A DNA stretch of 32,000 nucleotides from Kineococcus radiotolerans SRS30216 = ATCC BAA-149. Its GTDB lineage: Bacteria; Actinomycetota; Actinomycetes; Actinomycetales; Kineococcaceae. Positions 24,811 through 32,000 of the stretch are shown here, one piece after another (within the stretch, counting starts at the first letter, position 1; each line of letters opens with the position of its first letter). The DNA lies in assembly GCF_000017305.1 (NCBI RefSeq), contig NC_009664.2, forward strand, positions 1,680,001 through 1,712,000, given 5' to 3'. A program made the translations under genes and the position numbers. Under the pieces are notes generated by a model, which was not told where the DNA came from, made no database searches, and saw only the letters and a program-made list of their open reading frames with translations.

Positions 24811-24981
24811 TCAGGAAGCCGGGCCGGAACCGTCGGCGCTTTCCGGGGCGGTTCCCCGCCCGGCCCGCTCCTTCGCGATCGCCGCCCGTTCGCGGCGGTC
24901 GGCGTGCAGGATCGAGCGCATCAGGACCAGGAAGAGGACCAGGAGCCCGGCGGACGGCAGCAGAGCGGCGAGGTAGTCCAC
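24811..24981 (-). CDS. Small single-pass membrane protein (56 aa), hypothetical; below the ORF-track length cutoff
   Basis: Hand translation from GTG 24981: VDYLAALLPSAGLLVLFLVLMRSILHADRRERAAIAKERAGRGTAPESADGSGPAS, stop TGA at 24813-24811. One hydrophobic helix followed by a basic tail. About 50 of 56 codons end in G/C. The SD is weak (GGGGG). Confidence 0.4.
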   Translation of the reverse strand: MDYLAALLPSAGLLVLFLVLMRSILHADRRERAAIAKERAGRGTAPESADGSGPAS

Positions 24982-25026
24982 GCCCCCAGCTTACGTCCGC
25001 CGGGCCTCCTCCCCCGCGGGATCCGC

Positions 25027-26562
25027 TCAGCGCGGCTTGACCAGCGGGAACGTGATGGTCTCGCGGATCCCGAGGCCCGTCAGCGCCATCAGCAGCCGGT
25101 CGATGCCCATGCCCATGCCGCCCGTGGGGGGCATGCCGTGCTCCTGGGCGCGCAGGAAGTCCTCGTCGATGCGCATGGCCTCGTCGTCGCCGAGGTCGGC
25201 GAGGCGGGCCTGCTCGACGAAGCGCTCGCGCTGCACGACGGGGTCCACGAGCTCGGAATAGCCGGTGGCGAGCTCGAATCCCCGCACGTACAGGTCCCAC
25301 TTCTCCACGACCCCGGGCAGCTCCCGGTGCCCGCGCACCAGCGGGGACGTTTCGACGGGGAAGTCGCGCACGAACGTCGGAGAATGCAGGGAATCGGCGA
25401 TCCGGTGTTCCCAGAGCTCTTCGACGAGCTTTCCGTGCGTCCAGCGCACGGTGTCGACGCTGATTCCCAGGCGTTCCGCGATCCCGATGAGGTGTTCCCT
25501 GGGGGTTTCCGGGGTGATCTCCTCGCCCAGCGACGCCGACAGCGACGGGTACATCGAGATCGAGGTCCACTCCCCCCCGAGGTCGTACTCCGAGCCGTCG
25601 GCGAGGGTCACGAGCTGGGTGCCGAACGCCTCGGTCGCGGCGTTCTGGACCAGGGCCCGGGTCAGCTCCCCGATCGAGTCGTAGTCGCCCCAGGCCTGGT
25701 AGGTCTCGAGCATGGCGAACTCCGGGGAGTGGGTGGAGTCCGCGCCCTCGTTGCGGAAGTTCCGGTTGATCTCGAAGACGCGCTCGATGCCGCCGACGAC
25801 GCAGCGCTTGAGGAAGAGCTCGGGGGCGATCCGCAGGTAGAGCTCGGTGTCGAACGCGTTCGAGCGCGTCACGAAGGGCCGCGCGCTGGCCCCGCCGTGC
25901 AGGGTCTGCAGCATGGGCGTCTCGACCTCGAGGAATCCGCGGTCCTCCAGGGTGCGGCGCAGCGCGCGCACGACGTTGGAGCGGGCGCGGACGTTGGTGC
26001 GGGCGGCCTCGCGGACGATGAGGTCGACGTAGCGCTGGCGGACCCGGGTCTCCTCGGACAGTTCCTTGTGCAGGACCGGCAGCGGCCGCAACGACTTCGA
26101 GGCCATCCGCCAGGAGTCGGCGAGGACCGACAGCTCCCCGCGCCGGGAGGAGATGACGTTCCCGTGGACGAACACGATGTCGCCCAGGTCCACGTCGGAC
26201 TTCCACGCCGCCAGGGCGTCCTCGCCGACCCCGTCGCGGGAGACCATGACCTGCAACCGGGTGCCGTCGCCCTCCTGGAGGGTCGCGAACGCCAATTTCC
26301 CGGTGCCGCGCAGGAACACCACCCGCCCGGTGACGCCGACCTGGTCGGTCGTCTCCTCCCCCGCCTCGAGGTGGGCGTAGCGCTCGCGCAGGTCGGCGAG
26401 GGAGTCGGTGCGCGGCACCGACACCGGGTAGGCCTCCCCGCCGGCGGCGAGGATCCGGTCGCGCTTCTCCCGGCGGACCCTGACCTGTTCGGGGACGTCC
26501 TCGAACTCCTCGTCGGGCCCGTCCACCACGTTCGTCTCCCTCGGGACCTGCGTCTCACTCAC
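25027..26562 (-). CDS. lysS: Lysine--tRNA ligase, class II
   Basis: Collinear by eye with actinobacterial LysS: OB-fold region [22 protein letters not shown], class II motifs ([37 protein letters not shown]). GTG start at 26562; the start is uncertain by a few codons. Confidence 0.96.
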   Translation of the reverse strand: MSETQVPRETNVVDGPDEEFEDVPEQVRVRREKRDRILAAGGEAYPVSVPRTDSLADLRERYAHLEAGEETTDQVGVTGRVVFLRGTGKLAFATLQEGDGTRLQVMVSRDGVGEDALAAWKSDVDLGDIVFVHGNVISSRRGELSVLADSWRMASKSLRPLPVLHKELSEETRVRQRYVDLIVREAARTNVRARSNVVRALRRTLEDRGFLEVETPMLQTLHGGASARPFVTRSNAFDTELYLRIAPELFLKRCVVGGIERVFEINRNFRNEGADSTHSPEFAMLETYQAWGDYDSIGELTRALVQNAATEAFGTQLVTLADGSEYDLGGEWTSISMYPSLSASLGEEITPETPREHLIGIAERLGISVDTVRWTHGKLVEELWEHRIADSLHSPTFVRDFPVETSPLVRGHRELPGVVEKWDLYVRGFELATGYSELVDPVVQRERFVEQARLADLGDDEAMRIDEDFLRAQEHGMPPTGGMGMGIDRLLMALTGLGIRETITFPLVKPR

Positions 26563-26585
26563 GCCGCAAGGTTAGACGGCTCCGC

Positions 26586-27452
26586 TCAGTCGAGCGGGCG
26601 CCCGACGACGAGGGGGACGTTGTCGATGAGCCGGGTCGAGCCCACCCGGGCCGCGACGGCCAGCAGCGCCTCCCCGCGGTGGTGCTCGGGGACGTCGGCG
26701 AGGTCGTGGGGGTCGACCAGGGCCAGGTAGTCGACGCGGGCCGCGGGCTCGGCGAGGAGCACGTCGCGCGCGGCGCGGCGCACGGCGCTGGGCCCCTCGC
26801 CCGCGGCCGCCGCCCCCGCCCGCAGCGCCCGCTGCAGCACCAGGGCGACCTCGCGGTCGAAGGGGGTGAGGTAGCGGTTGCGGCTGGACATCGCCAGGCC
26901 GTCGTCCTCGCGCACGGTGGGGACGGCGACGACGTCGACCCCGAGGTCGAGGTCGCGGACCATCCGGCGCACCAGCAGCAGCTGCTGGGCGTCCTTCTGC
27001 CCGAAGAGCGCGAGGTCGGCGCGCGTCAGGTGGAGCAGCTTCGCCACGACCGTGAGGACCCCGTCGAAGTGGCCGGGGCGGCTGGCCCCCTCCAGGACGG
27101 TCCCCAGCGGTCCGGCCGCGACCCGCACGCCGGGGTCGCCGTCGGGGTAGACGACGTCGGGGGCGGGGGCGAACACGACGTCGGCACCGGCCGCGGCGGC
27201 CAGCCGCAGGTCGTCGTCGAGGGTGCGCGGGTAGCGGGCCAGGTCCTCCCCCGCCCCGAACTGCAACGGGTTGAGGAAGATCGTCACGAGCACCGACGGG
27301 GCCCGGCGGCGGGCCTCCTCGATGAGCCGGGCGTGCCCGGCGTGCAGCGCCCCCATCGTCATGACCACGGCGACCGGGCCCTCGAGGGCGGCACGGGCCG
27401 CGGCGAGCTCGGTGCGGGTGCGGGCGACCGTCAGGTCGGTGGGGAGGCTCAC
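26586..27452 (-). CDS. panC: Pantoate--beta-alanine ligase
   Basis: [12 protein letters not shown] (HIGH-like motif), [21 protein letters not shown]. 288 aa. GTG 27452 has GGAGAA upstream and overlaps the upstream stop (GTGA). The N-terminal 530 codons of track ORF 26586..29054 are out-of-frame shadow. Confidence 0.93.
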   Translation of the reverse strand: MSLPTDLTVARTRTELAAARAALEGPVAVVMTMGALHAGHARLIEEARRRAPSVLVTIFLNPLQFGAGEDLARYPRTLDDDLRLAAAAGADVVFAPAPDVVYPDGDPGVRVAAGPLGTVLEGASRPGHFDGVLTVVAKLLHLTRADLALFGQKDAQQLLLVRRMVRDLDLGVDVVAVPTVREDDGLAMSSRNRYLTPFDREVALVLQRALRAGAAAAGEGPSAVRRAARDVLLAEPAARVDYLALVDPHDLADVPEHHRGEALLAVAARVGSTRLIDNVPLVVGRPLD

Positions 27453-28363
27453 GGTTCTCCAGGTGCGGGCGGCGCCGGGCGGGCGGCGGTGCTGGTGGCG
27501 GTCTCGATGGCGGCGCGCACGGCTTCGGCCGGCGCGTCGGGCAGCCTGCCCGACGCCTGTGCGCGGTCGGCGGCGGCCCCCGCGAGCTGGGCGTAGGTCG
27601 CGGCGGTGCCGGGGTCGTGGGCGGCGAGGACGCCGAGGTGGGTCGCGACCGTCCCGGCGTCCCCGCGGGCGACGGGCCCGGTGAGGGCGTCGTCGCCGCG
27701 GTCCAGGACGTTGTCGAGGGCGGCCTGCAGCAGCGGCCGCAGCACCCGCCCGGCGTCCTCGCCGACGGCGGCGCGCGCCGCGTCGAGGGCCTGGGCGACC
27801 AGGGTGACGAGGTGGTTCGACCCGTGGGCCAGCGAGGCGTGGTAGAGCGCGCGGTCGCCCTCGGCGACCCCGACGGGGGTGCAGCCCCACTCCCGCACCA
27901 GGGCGTCGGCGACGGGGGCGAGGACGGCGGAGCTGGTGACCGCGACGGCCGCCCCGAGGAGGCGCTGCAGGTCCAGGGAGGTCCCGGTGAACGTCATCGC
28001 CGGGTGCAGGGCCAGCGGGAGGGCCCCCCGGGCGGCGGCGGGGTCCAGGACGCCGGTGCCGTGCCGGCCGCAGGTGTGCACCACGAGCTGGCCGGGGCGG
28101 ACGTGCGGGGCGAGGTCGGCGACGAGCGGTCCGAGGACGTCGTCGGGCACGGCGAGCAGGACGAGGTCGGCGGCGAACGCCTCGGCGGGTTCGATCCACG
28201 GCACGTCCGGCAGCAGCGCCTCGACGCGCTCGGCGGCCCCGCGCGTGCGGGCCGCGACCCCGGTGATGCGGTGCCCGGCGGCGCGCATCGCCGCCCCGAG
28301 CACCGGCCCCACCCGGCCGGCGCCGACCACCGCGACGTCCAAGCGTCCCGCCTGCGAACCCAC
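27449..28363 (-). CDS. Rossmann-fold NAD(P)-binding protein with DUF2520-like C-terminal domain
   Basis: [16 protein letters not shown] dinucleotide-binding start, 304 aa, Ala/Leu-rich. Translationally coupled to panC. It resembles the conserved protein encoded upstream of panC in other actinobacteria. Confidence 0.72.
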   Translation of the reverse strand: MGSQAGRLDVAVVGAGRVGPVLGAAMRAAGHRITGVAARTRGAAERVEALLPDVPWIEPAEAFAADLVLLAVPDDVLGPLVADLAPHVRPGQLVVHTCGRHGTGVLDPAAARGALPLALHPAMTFTGTSLDLQRLLGAAVAVTSSAVLAPVADALVREWGCTPVGVAEGDRALYHASLAHGSNHLVTLVAQALDAARAAVGEDAGRVLRPLLQAALDNVLDRGDDALTGPVARGDAGTVATHLGVLAAHDPGTAATYAQLAGAAADRAQASGRLPDAPAEAVRAAIETATSTAARPAPPAPGEP

Positions 28364-28419
28364 CGCGGCACCCTAGCCCGCGTGCCCGCGGCTCACCCGG
28401 GCGCCGTCGGGAGGAGCCT

Positions 28420-30630
28420 TCAGCCGCCGAGGTGACCCGGCGTCCCGGCGGGCGCTGCCGGGGGCCTCGGGGCCCCGCCGGGCGGGTTGGGGACGGGCGG
28501 GTTGGGGGCGGGCGGGTTGGACCCCGGCGGGTTGGACCCCGGCGGGTTGGGGGCGGGCGGGTTGGACCCCGGCGGGTTGGACCCCGGCGGGTTGGACCCC
28601 GGCGGGTTGGGCACAGGGGGTGCCGGAGGGTTCGGCGGTTCCGGCGCACCGGTTGGCTCGGGCGCAGCCGTCGACGGTCCCGGCTTGGGCGCACCGGTCG
28701 AGGGCTCCGGCTTCGGTGCACCGGTCGACGGTTCCGGCTTTGGACCCGCCGGCTCGGACGGTTCCGGCTTCGGACCCGCCGGCTCGGACGGCTTGGGCTT
28801 CGGACCCGCCGGCTCGGACGGCTTCGGCTTCGGCGTACCGGTCGACGGCTTGGGCTTCGGCGTACCGGTCGACGGCTTGGGCTTCGACGCACCCGTCGAC
28901 GGCTTGGGCTTCGACGCACCCGTCGACGGCTTGGGCTTCGACGCACCCGTCGACGGCTTGGGCTTCGACGCACCCGTCGACGGCTTGGGCTTCGACGCAC
29001 CCGTCGACGGCTTGGGCTTCGACGCACCCGTCGACGGCTTGGGCTTGGGCGCACCCGTCGACGGCTTCACCGCCGACGCACCCCCGGCCGTGGGGGCCGT
29101 CGTCCGGCTGGCGGGTGCAGCGGGACGCGTCGCCGCTCCGGGGGTCGCCGCGGGGCGGGGGCCCGTCGTCCCGCGGGCCGGCGGCGTCGTGGACGGGACG
29201 AGGGAGGACGGGGACGCCTCGGGACCCGCGGTCAGCGGGAGGGGACCCGGGAGGACCGGGATCGACGAGGCCGAGGGGCTCGGGGCGGCCGCGGCCGGGA
29301 AGACCGGGAGGGTCGAGGAGGCCGCGGACGACGAGGCGGAGGATCCCGGGGAGGACGACCCCTCGGACGACGACCCGGGGGACGACGGGGTCCGGGGGGC
29401 GGGGGTCGCGGAGCCCGCCCGGGGGGTCCCGGCGGCGACCTCGGCCGGGGACGCCGTGGAGGCCGGGGCGGCCTCCACGGCCGCGGCGGGGGTGGAGGCG
29501 ACGGCGACCGCGGCGGACCCGGCGCCGACCCCGACGGCCGCGGACAGCACCGCGGCCGCCACCTGCCCGCCGGCGGTCTGCGCGACCGACGCGGCGGTGG
29601 ACAGCGCCTGGGCGGGGGCGACCCCCACCCCCGGCAGCGCGGCCAGCAGCGTCGCGGGGCCGGCGATGCGGCGCAGGCGGCCGATCCCGACGCTGAGGAA
29701 CGCGCGCACGACCTCGGGGTCGAACTGCTCCCCCGCGCAGCGGGTGATCTCGGCCCGGGCCTGCTCGGCCGGCATCGGCTTCTTGTAGGCGCGGGCGGAG
29801 GTGATGACGTCGTAGGTGTCGGCCACGGCGATGACGCGGGCGGCCAGGGAGATGTCCTGCCCGGCCAGACCGCGCGGGTACCCGCCGCCGTCCCAGCGCT
29901 CGTGGTGCTGCTCCACGCCGTCCAGCCAGTCCCCCAGCCAGCCGCGCAGCGGTTGCACGAGCTCCCCGCCGTGGTGGGGGTGCTGCTGCAGGGTGGCCCA
30001 CTCCTCCTCGGTGGGGCGGCCGTCCTTGTTGATGATCTCGACGGGGACGTGGACCTTGCCCACGTCGTGCAGCAGGGCGACCCAGCTGAGCCGGTCGACG
30101 TCGTCGTCGGACAGACCGAGCTCGCGCCCGATGAGGGCGGCGTAGGCCTGGACGCGTTCCCCGTGGGCGCGGGTGCGCGCGTCGTGGCCGGCGAGGGTGC
30201 CGACGAGGGCCAGCAGCCGCTGCGCGGCGCCCCCCTCGGCGCCCACCACCTCGCCCCCGGGCGCGGCGTCGCCCTCCAGCGCCGCGGGCGTCCAGGTGCG
30301 GCGGGCCACCTCGAAGCGGCTGGGGACCCGGTCGGGCAGCACCAGGCTGAGGCGCAGCAGCGCCGACAGCGGCAGCAGCCCGCGCAGCCAGCGGGAGAGG
30401 ACGACGAGGACGCCGGTGGAGGTCCCCACCACCAGCAGCAGCCACACCGGCCAGGGCAGCCCGGTCCGCGTCGCGGGCAGCCACTGCGCGGCCCCGGCGC
30501 CGACGACGAGGGCGACGACCAGGGGGCCCAGCGAGGACGTCGCCCGGACGAGGAGGGCGAGCGCGGGCCGGGAGCGCCACTGCGTCCCGGGGGCGGCGTC
30601 GCCGTAGTTCTGAGTCGGTCCCTTCACCAC
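28420..30630 (-). CDS. Membrane-anchored HD-GYP domain protein with a long Pro-rich tandem-repeat C-terminal tail
   Basis: Two N-terminal hydrophobic segments. HD-GYP core: [40 protein letters not shown]. The C-terminal ~330 aa are Ser/Ala/Pro-rich, then STGxxKPKP, [10 protein letters not shown] and NPPGS repeats. GTG start at 30630 (or 30627). Confidence 0.85.
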   Translation of the reverse strand: MVKGPTQNYGDAAPGTQWRSRPALALLVRATSSLGPLVVALVVGAGAAQWLPATRTGLPWPVWLLLVVGTSTGVLVVLSRWLRGLLPLSALLRLSLVLPDRVPSRFEVARRTWTPAALEGDAAPGGEVVGAEGGAAQRLLALVGTLAGHDARTRAHGERVQAYAALIGRELGLSDDDVDRLSWVALLHDVGKVHVPVEIINKDGRPTEEEWATLQQHPHHGGELVQPLRGWLGDWLDGVEQHHERWDGGGYPRGLAGQDISLAARVIAVADTYDVITSARAYKKPMPAEQARAEITRCAGEQFDPEVVRAFLSVGIGRLRRIAGPATLLAALPGVGVAPAQALSTAASVAQTAGGQVAAAVLSAAVGVGAGSAAVAVASTPAAAVEAAPASTASPAEVAAGTPRAGSATPAPRTPSSPGSSSEGSSSPGSSASSSAASSTLPVFPAAAAPSPSASSIPVLPGPLPLTAGPEASPSSLVPSTTPPARGTTGPRPAATPGAATRPAAPASRTTAPTAGGASAVKPSTGAPKPKPSTGASKPKPSTGASKPKPSTGASKPKPSTGASKPKPSTGASKPKPSTGASKPKPSTGTPKPKPSTGTPKPKPSEPAGPKPKPSEPAGPKPEPSEPAGPKPEPSTGAPKPEPSTGAPKPGPSTAAPEPTGAPEPPNPPAPPVPNPPGSNPPGSNPPGSNPPAPNPPGSNPPGSNPPAPNPPVPNPPGGAPRPPAAPAGTPGHLGG
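28481..28615 (-). repeat. 15-bp in-frame tandem repeat, 9 copies (ggcgggttggNNNNN), encoding NPP(G/A/V)(S/P) pentapeptides
   Basis: Units start every 15 nt from 28481. Five units are the identical ggcgggttggacccc, two are ggcgggttgggggcg, and the two end units differ. The array lies inside the 3' end of the HD-GYP gene. Confidence 0.95.
28670..29083 (-). repeat. 27/30-bp in-frame tandem repeat array, 15 units, encoding STGxxKPKP / [10 protein letters not shown]
   Basis: Unit starts at 28670, 28697, 28724, 28754, 28784, 28814, 28841, 28868, 28895, 28922, 28949, 28976, 29003, 29030 and 29057. The six units from 28868 to 29029 are all gtcgacggcttgggcttcgacgcaccc with no substitutions. Confidence 0.95.
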
Positions 30631-30727
30631 CCGTCGGGATTCGGCACCCGTTCACCGGGGTTGAGGGTCCTGGCCCGCCGTTCACCCGCTCGCCCGGCCG
30701 GCTCACCCGGTCGGGGGTCCCGGAACG

Positions 30728-30762
30728 CCGACGGCCCCGGACCAGGGGTCCGGGGCCGTCGG
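30728..30762 (-). terminator. Stem-loop downstream of the SAF-domain dehydrogenase gene
   Basis: CCGACGGCCCCGGACC / GGTCCGGGGCCGTCGG: 16-bp perfect stem with a 3-nt loop. It starts 16 nt after the stop at 30778-30780. Confidence 0.6.
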
Positions 30763-30777
30763 GGTGCGGGTGCGGCG

Positions 30778-32000
30778 TCAGTGCGCCAGCAGGGCCGCCT
30801 GCTCGGCGCGCAGGGCGTCGATGAGCCGCCCCTGCGGCAGGACCACGTCGTCGTAGGTGAGGACCTGGTCCTTCTTCACGGCGTGCTTGAGGACCGCGCC
30901 CTCGGCGACGCCCATGGGCAGCAGGTTCTGCGCCTTGGTGATCGCGTAGGTCTCGGCCACGCCGTAGGAGTCGTAGCCGCCGAGGCGGTCGATCTCCTTG
31001 CCGGCGGCGAGGTCGGTCTTGGCCGTGGTGACGACCTCGACCTTCACCTCGTCGCCGGGCACGATCGCGGCGTCGGCGAACAGCACCGCGCGGGCCACGG
31101 TCAGCGGCACCTCGAAGTGGCACAGGTGGTACGGCGTGTAGAACGAGTACAGCGGCCCGGTGCCGAGCTTGTACAGGTTCAGGTAGTGCTGCTGCTTGGG
31201 GTCGTCGTGGGTGCCGAGGACGTAGACGCCCGGGCCCGGCTTGGACCCCACGACGTAGTCGACGACGCCGCCGAGCTCCTTCAGCTGGTCCACGTCGTAG
31301 TGCGTGGTCAGCTCGTCGACGTGCCCGCGGTGGTCGGCGCCGCGCATGCCGCGCTTCTCCACGCTGAACCCCGCCGCGTTGGCGACCAGCGCCTGCTCGA
31401 AGGACACCTTGGTGCCGTCGGCGAAGCTCGTCACCATGTAGGGGTCCTGGCCCCACTGCTTGGCGAACCCCTCCTGGGTGGTGGGGTTGCGGTACTCGTC
31501 CTGCAGGCCCTTGATGTTCCCCGACACCAGCGGCGTGACGCCGATGGAGCGCACGAAGCGGATGAGGTTCATCTGCACGCCGGGCTGGTCGCCGTCGCAG
31601 CCGGTGTAGATGACGCCGGCCTTCTCGGCGCGGGTGCGCAGCGCGAGGCCGGCGGTGCCGTCGACCTCGGCGTTGAGCAGCACGACGTGCTTGCCGGCGT
31701 CAATGGCGCGGACCACGACGTGGGCGCCGTACTCGGTGTTGCCGGTCGCCTCGACGACGGCCTCGACCTGGCCCGCGTCGACGACGGCCTCGTAGGAGCC
31801 GGACACGACGGGCCGGCCCTGCGAGATGGCGCGGTCGACGGCGGCCGCGTCGTCGGCCTCGACCACGCCGGTGACCCCGGCCTGCTCGTAGGCGTCACGG
31901 GCCTTGGACACCGTCCGGTTGGCGATGGCGACGAGTTCCATGCCCGGGACGGAGTTCACGACCTGGTTGACGAAGCCGCGGCCCATGAACCCGGCCCCGA
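30778..32000 (-). CDS. NAD(P)-binding dehydrogenase with C-terminal SAF domain (homoserine-dehydrogenase-like, COG4091-type), 5'-truncated by the window edge
   Basis: The frame stays open to the window end: the bases beyond 31986 still read ..GPGFMGRGF, part of the glycine-rich Rossmann loop. The C-terminal segment VVTTAKTDLAAGKEIDRLGGYDSYG..VLTYDDVVLP looks like a SAF domain. Confidence 0.7.
   Translation of the reverse strand, partial: GAGFMGRGFVNQVVNSVPGMELVAIANRTVSKARDAYEQAGVTGVVEADDAAAVDRAISQGRPVVSGSYEAVVDAGQVEAVVEATGNTEYGAHVVVRAIDAGKHVVLLNAEVDGTAGLALRTRAEKAGVIYTGCDGDQPGVQMNLIRFVRSIGVTPLVSGNIKGLQDEYRNPTTQEGFAKQWGQDPYMVTSFADGTKVSFEQALVANAAGFSVEKRGMRGADHRGHVDELTTHYDVDQLKELGGVVDYVVGSKPGPGVYVLGTHDDPKQQHYLNLYKLGTGPLYSFYTPYHLCHFEVPLTVARAVLFADAAIVPGDEVKVEVVTTAKTDLAAGKEIDRLGGYDSYGVAETYAITKAQNLLPMGVAEGAVLKHAVKKDQVLTYDDVVLPQGRLIDALRAEQAALLAH

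Noticed and set aside
28670-29083. Possible CRISPR array (regular short repeats)
   Set aside because: The units are directly contiguous with no spacers and have no dyad symmetry typical of CRISPR repeats. They lie in frame inside a coding sequence, and no cas genes are nearby.
26586-31456. Exotic repeat proteins on the track, such as PSRRRVRRS repeats in the N-terminal part of ORF 26586..29054, AQAVDGCVE repeats in ORF 28373..31456, and plus-strand ORFs 28487..29788 and 28620..29696
   Set aside because: These are the same 27/30-bp and 15-bp DNA repeats read in the wrong frame or on the wrong strand. Only the frame continuous with the HD-GYP domain (28420..30630) has a coherent domain plus tail, and the downstream parts of the other frames overlap panC or the DUF2520 gene out of frame.

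Overview
Chromosomal segment from a very GC-rich actinobacterium (by eye well above 70% G+C, with strong third-position GC bias).

- **Left flank (1-4.9 kb), housekeeping genes:** mutY (5' end cut by the window), arfB, gntK, a short GNAT amino-acid N-acetyltransferase, and clpC1.
- **Centre (5.1-22.1 kb), carbohydrate/hexuronate utilisation island that appears LacI-controlled:**
  - a CUT1-type ABC importer (Tat-lipoprotein binding protein plus two permeases, no ATPase gene);
  - a DUF624/YesL-like membrane protein;
  - five Gfo/Idh/MocA-type oxidoreductases;
  - uxaC, uxaA and a mannitol-dehydrogenase-family uronate reductase;
  - an alpha/beta-hydrolase esterase;
  - no recognisable glycoside hydrolase or lyase;
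  - three copies of an operator-like element CAAAGGTTT(T/G)CA, two in the divergent promoter region and one over the candidate promoter of the LacI gene.
- **22.2-24.0 kb:** an ABC-2 ATPase/permease pair.
- **Right flank:**
  - lsr2, a 56-codon membrane smORF below the ORF-track cutoff, lysS, panC and a DUF2520 Rossmann protein;
  - a membrane HD-GYP protein whose C-terminal half is a Pro-rich tail encoded by nested in-frame tandem repeats: 27/30 bp x15, including six base-identical copies, and 15 bp x9;
  - a 5'-truncated SAF-domain dehydrogenase.

I saw no rRNA, tRNA, CRISPR array, transposase or integrase. Most other long ORFs on the track are off-frame or antisense shadows typical of high-GC DNA. 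Many gene junctions are GTGA or TGATG stop/start overlaps.
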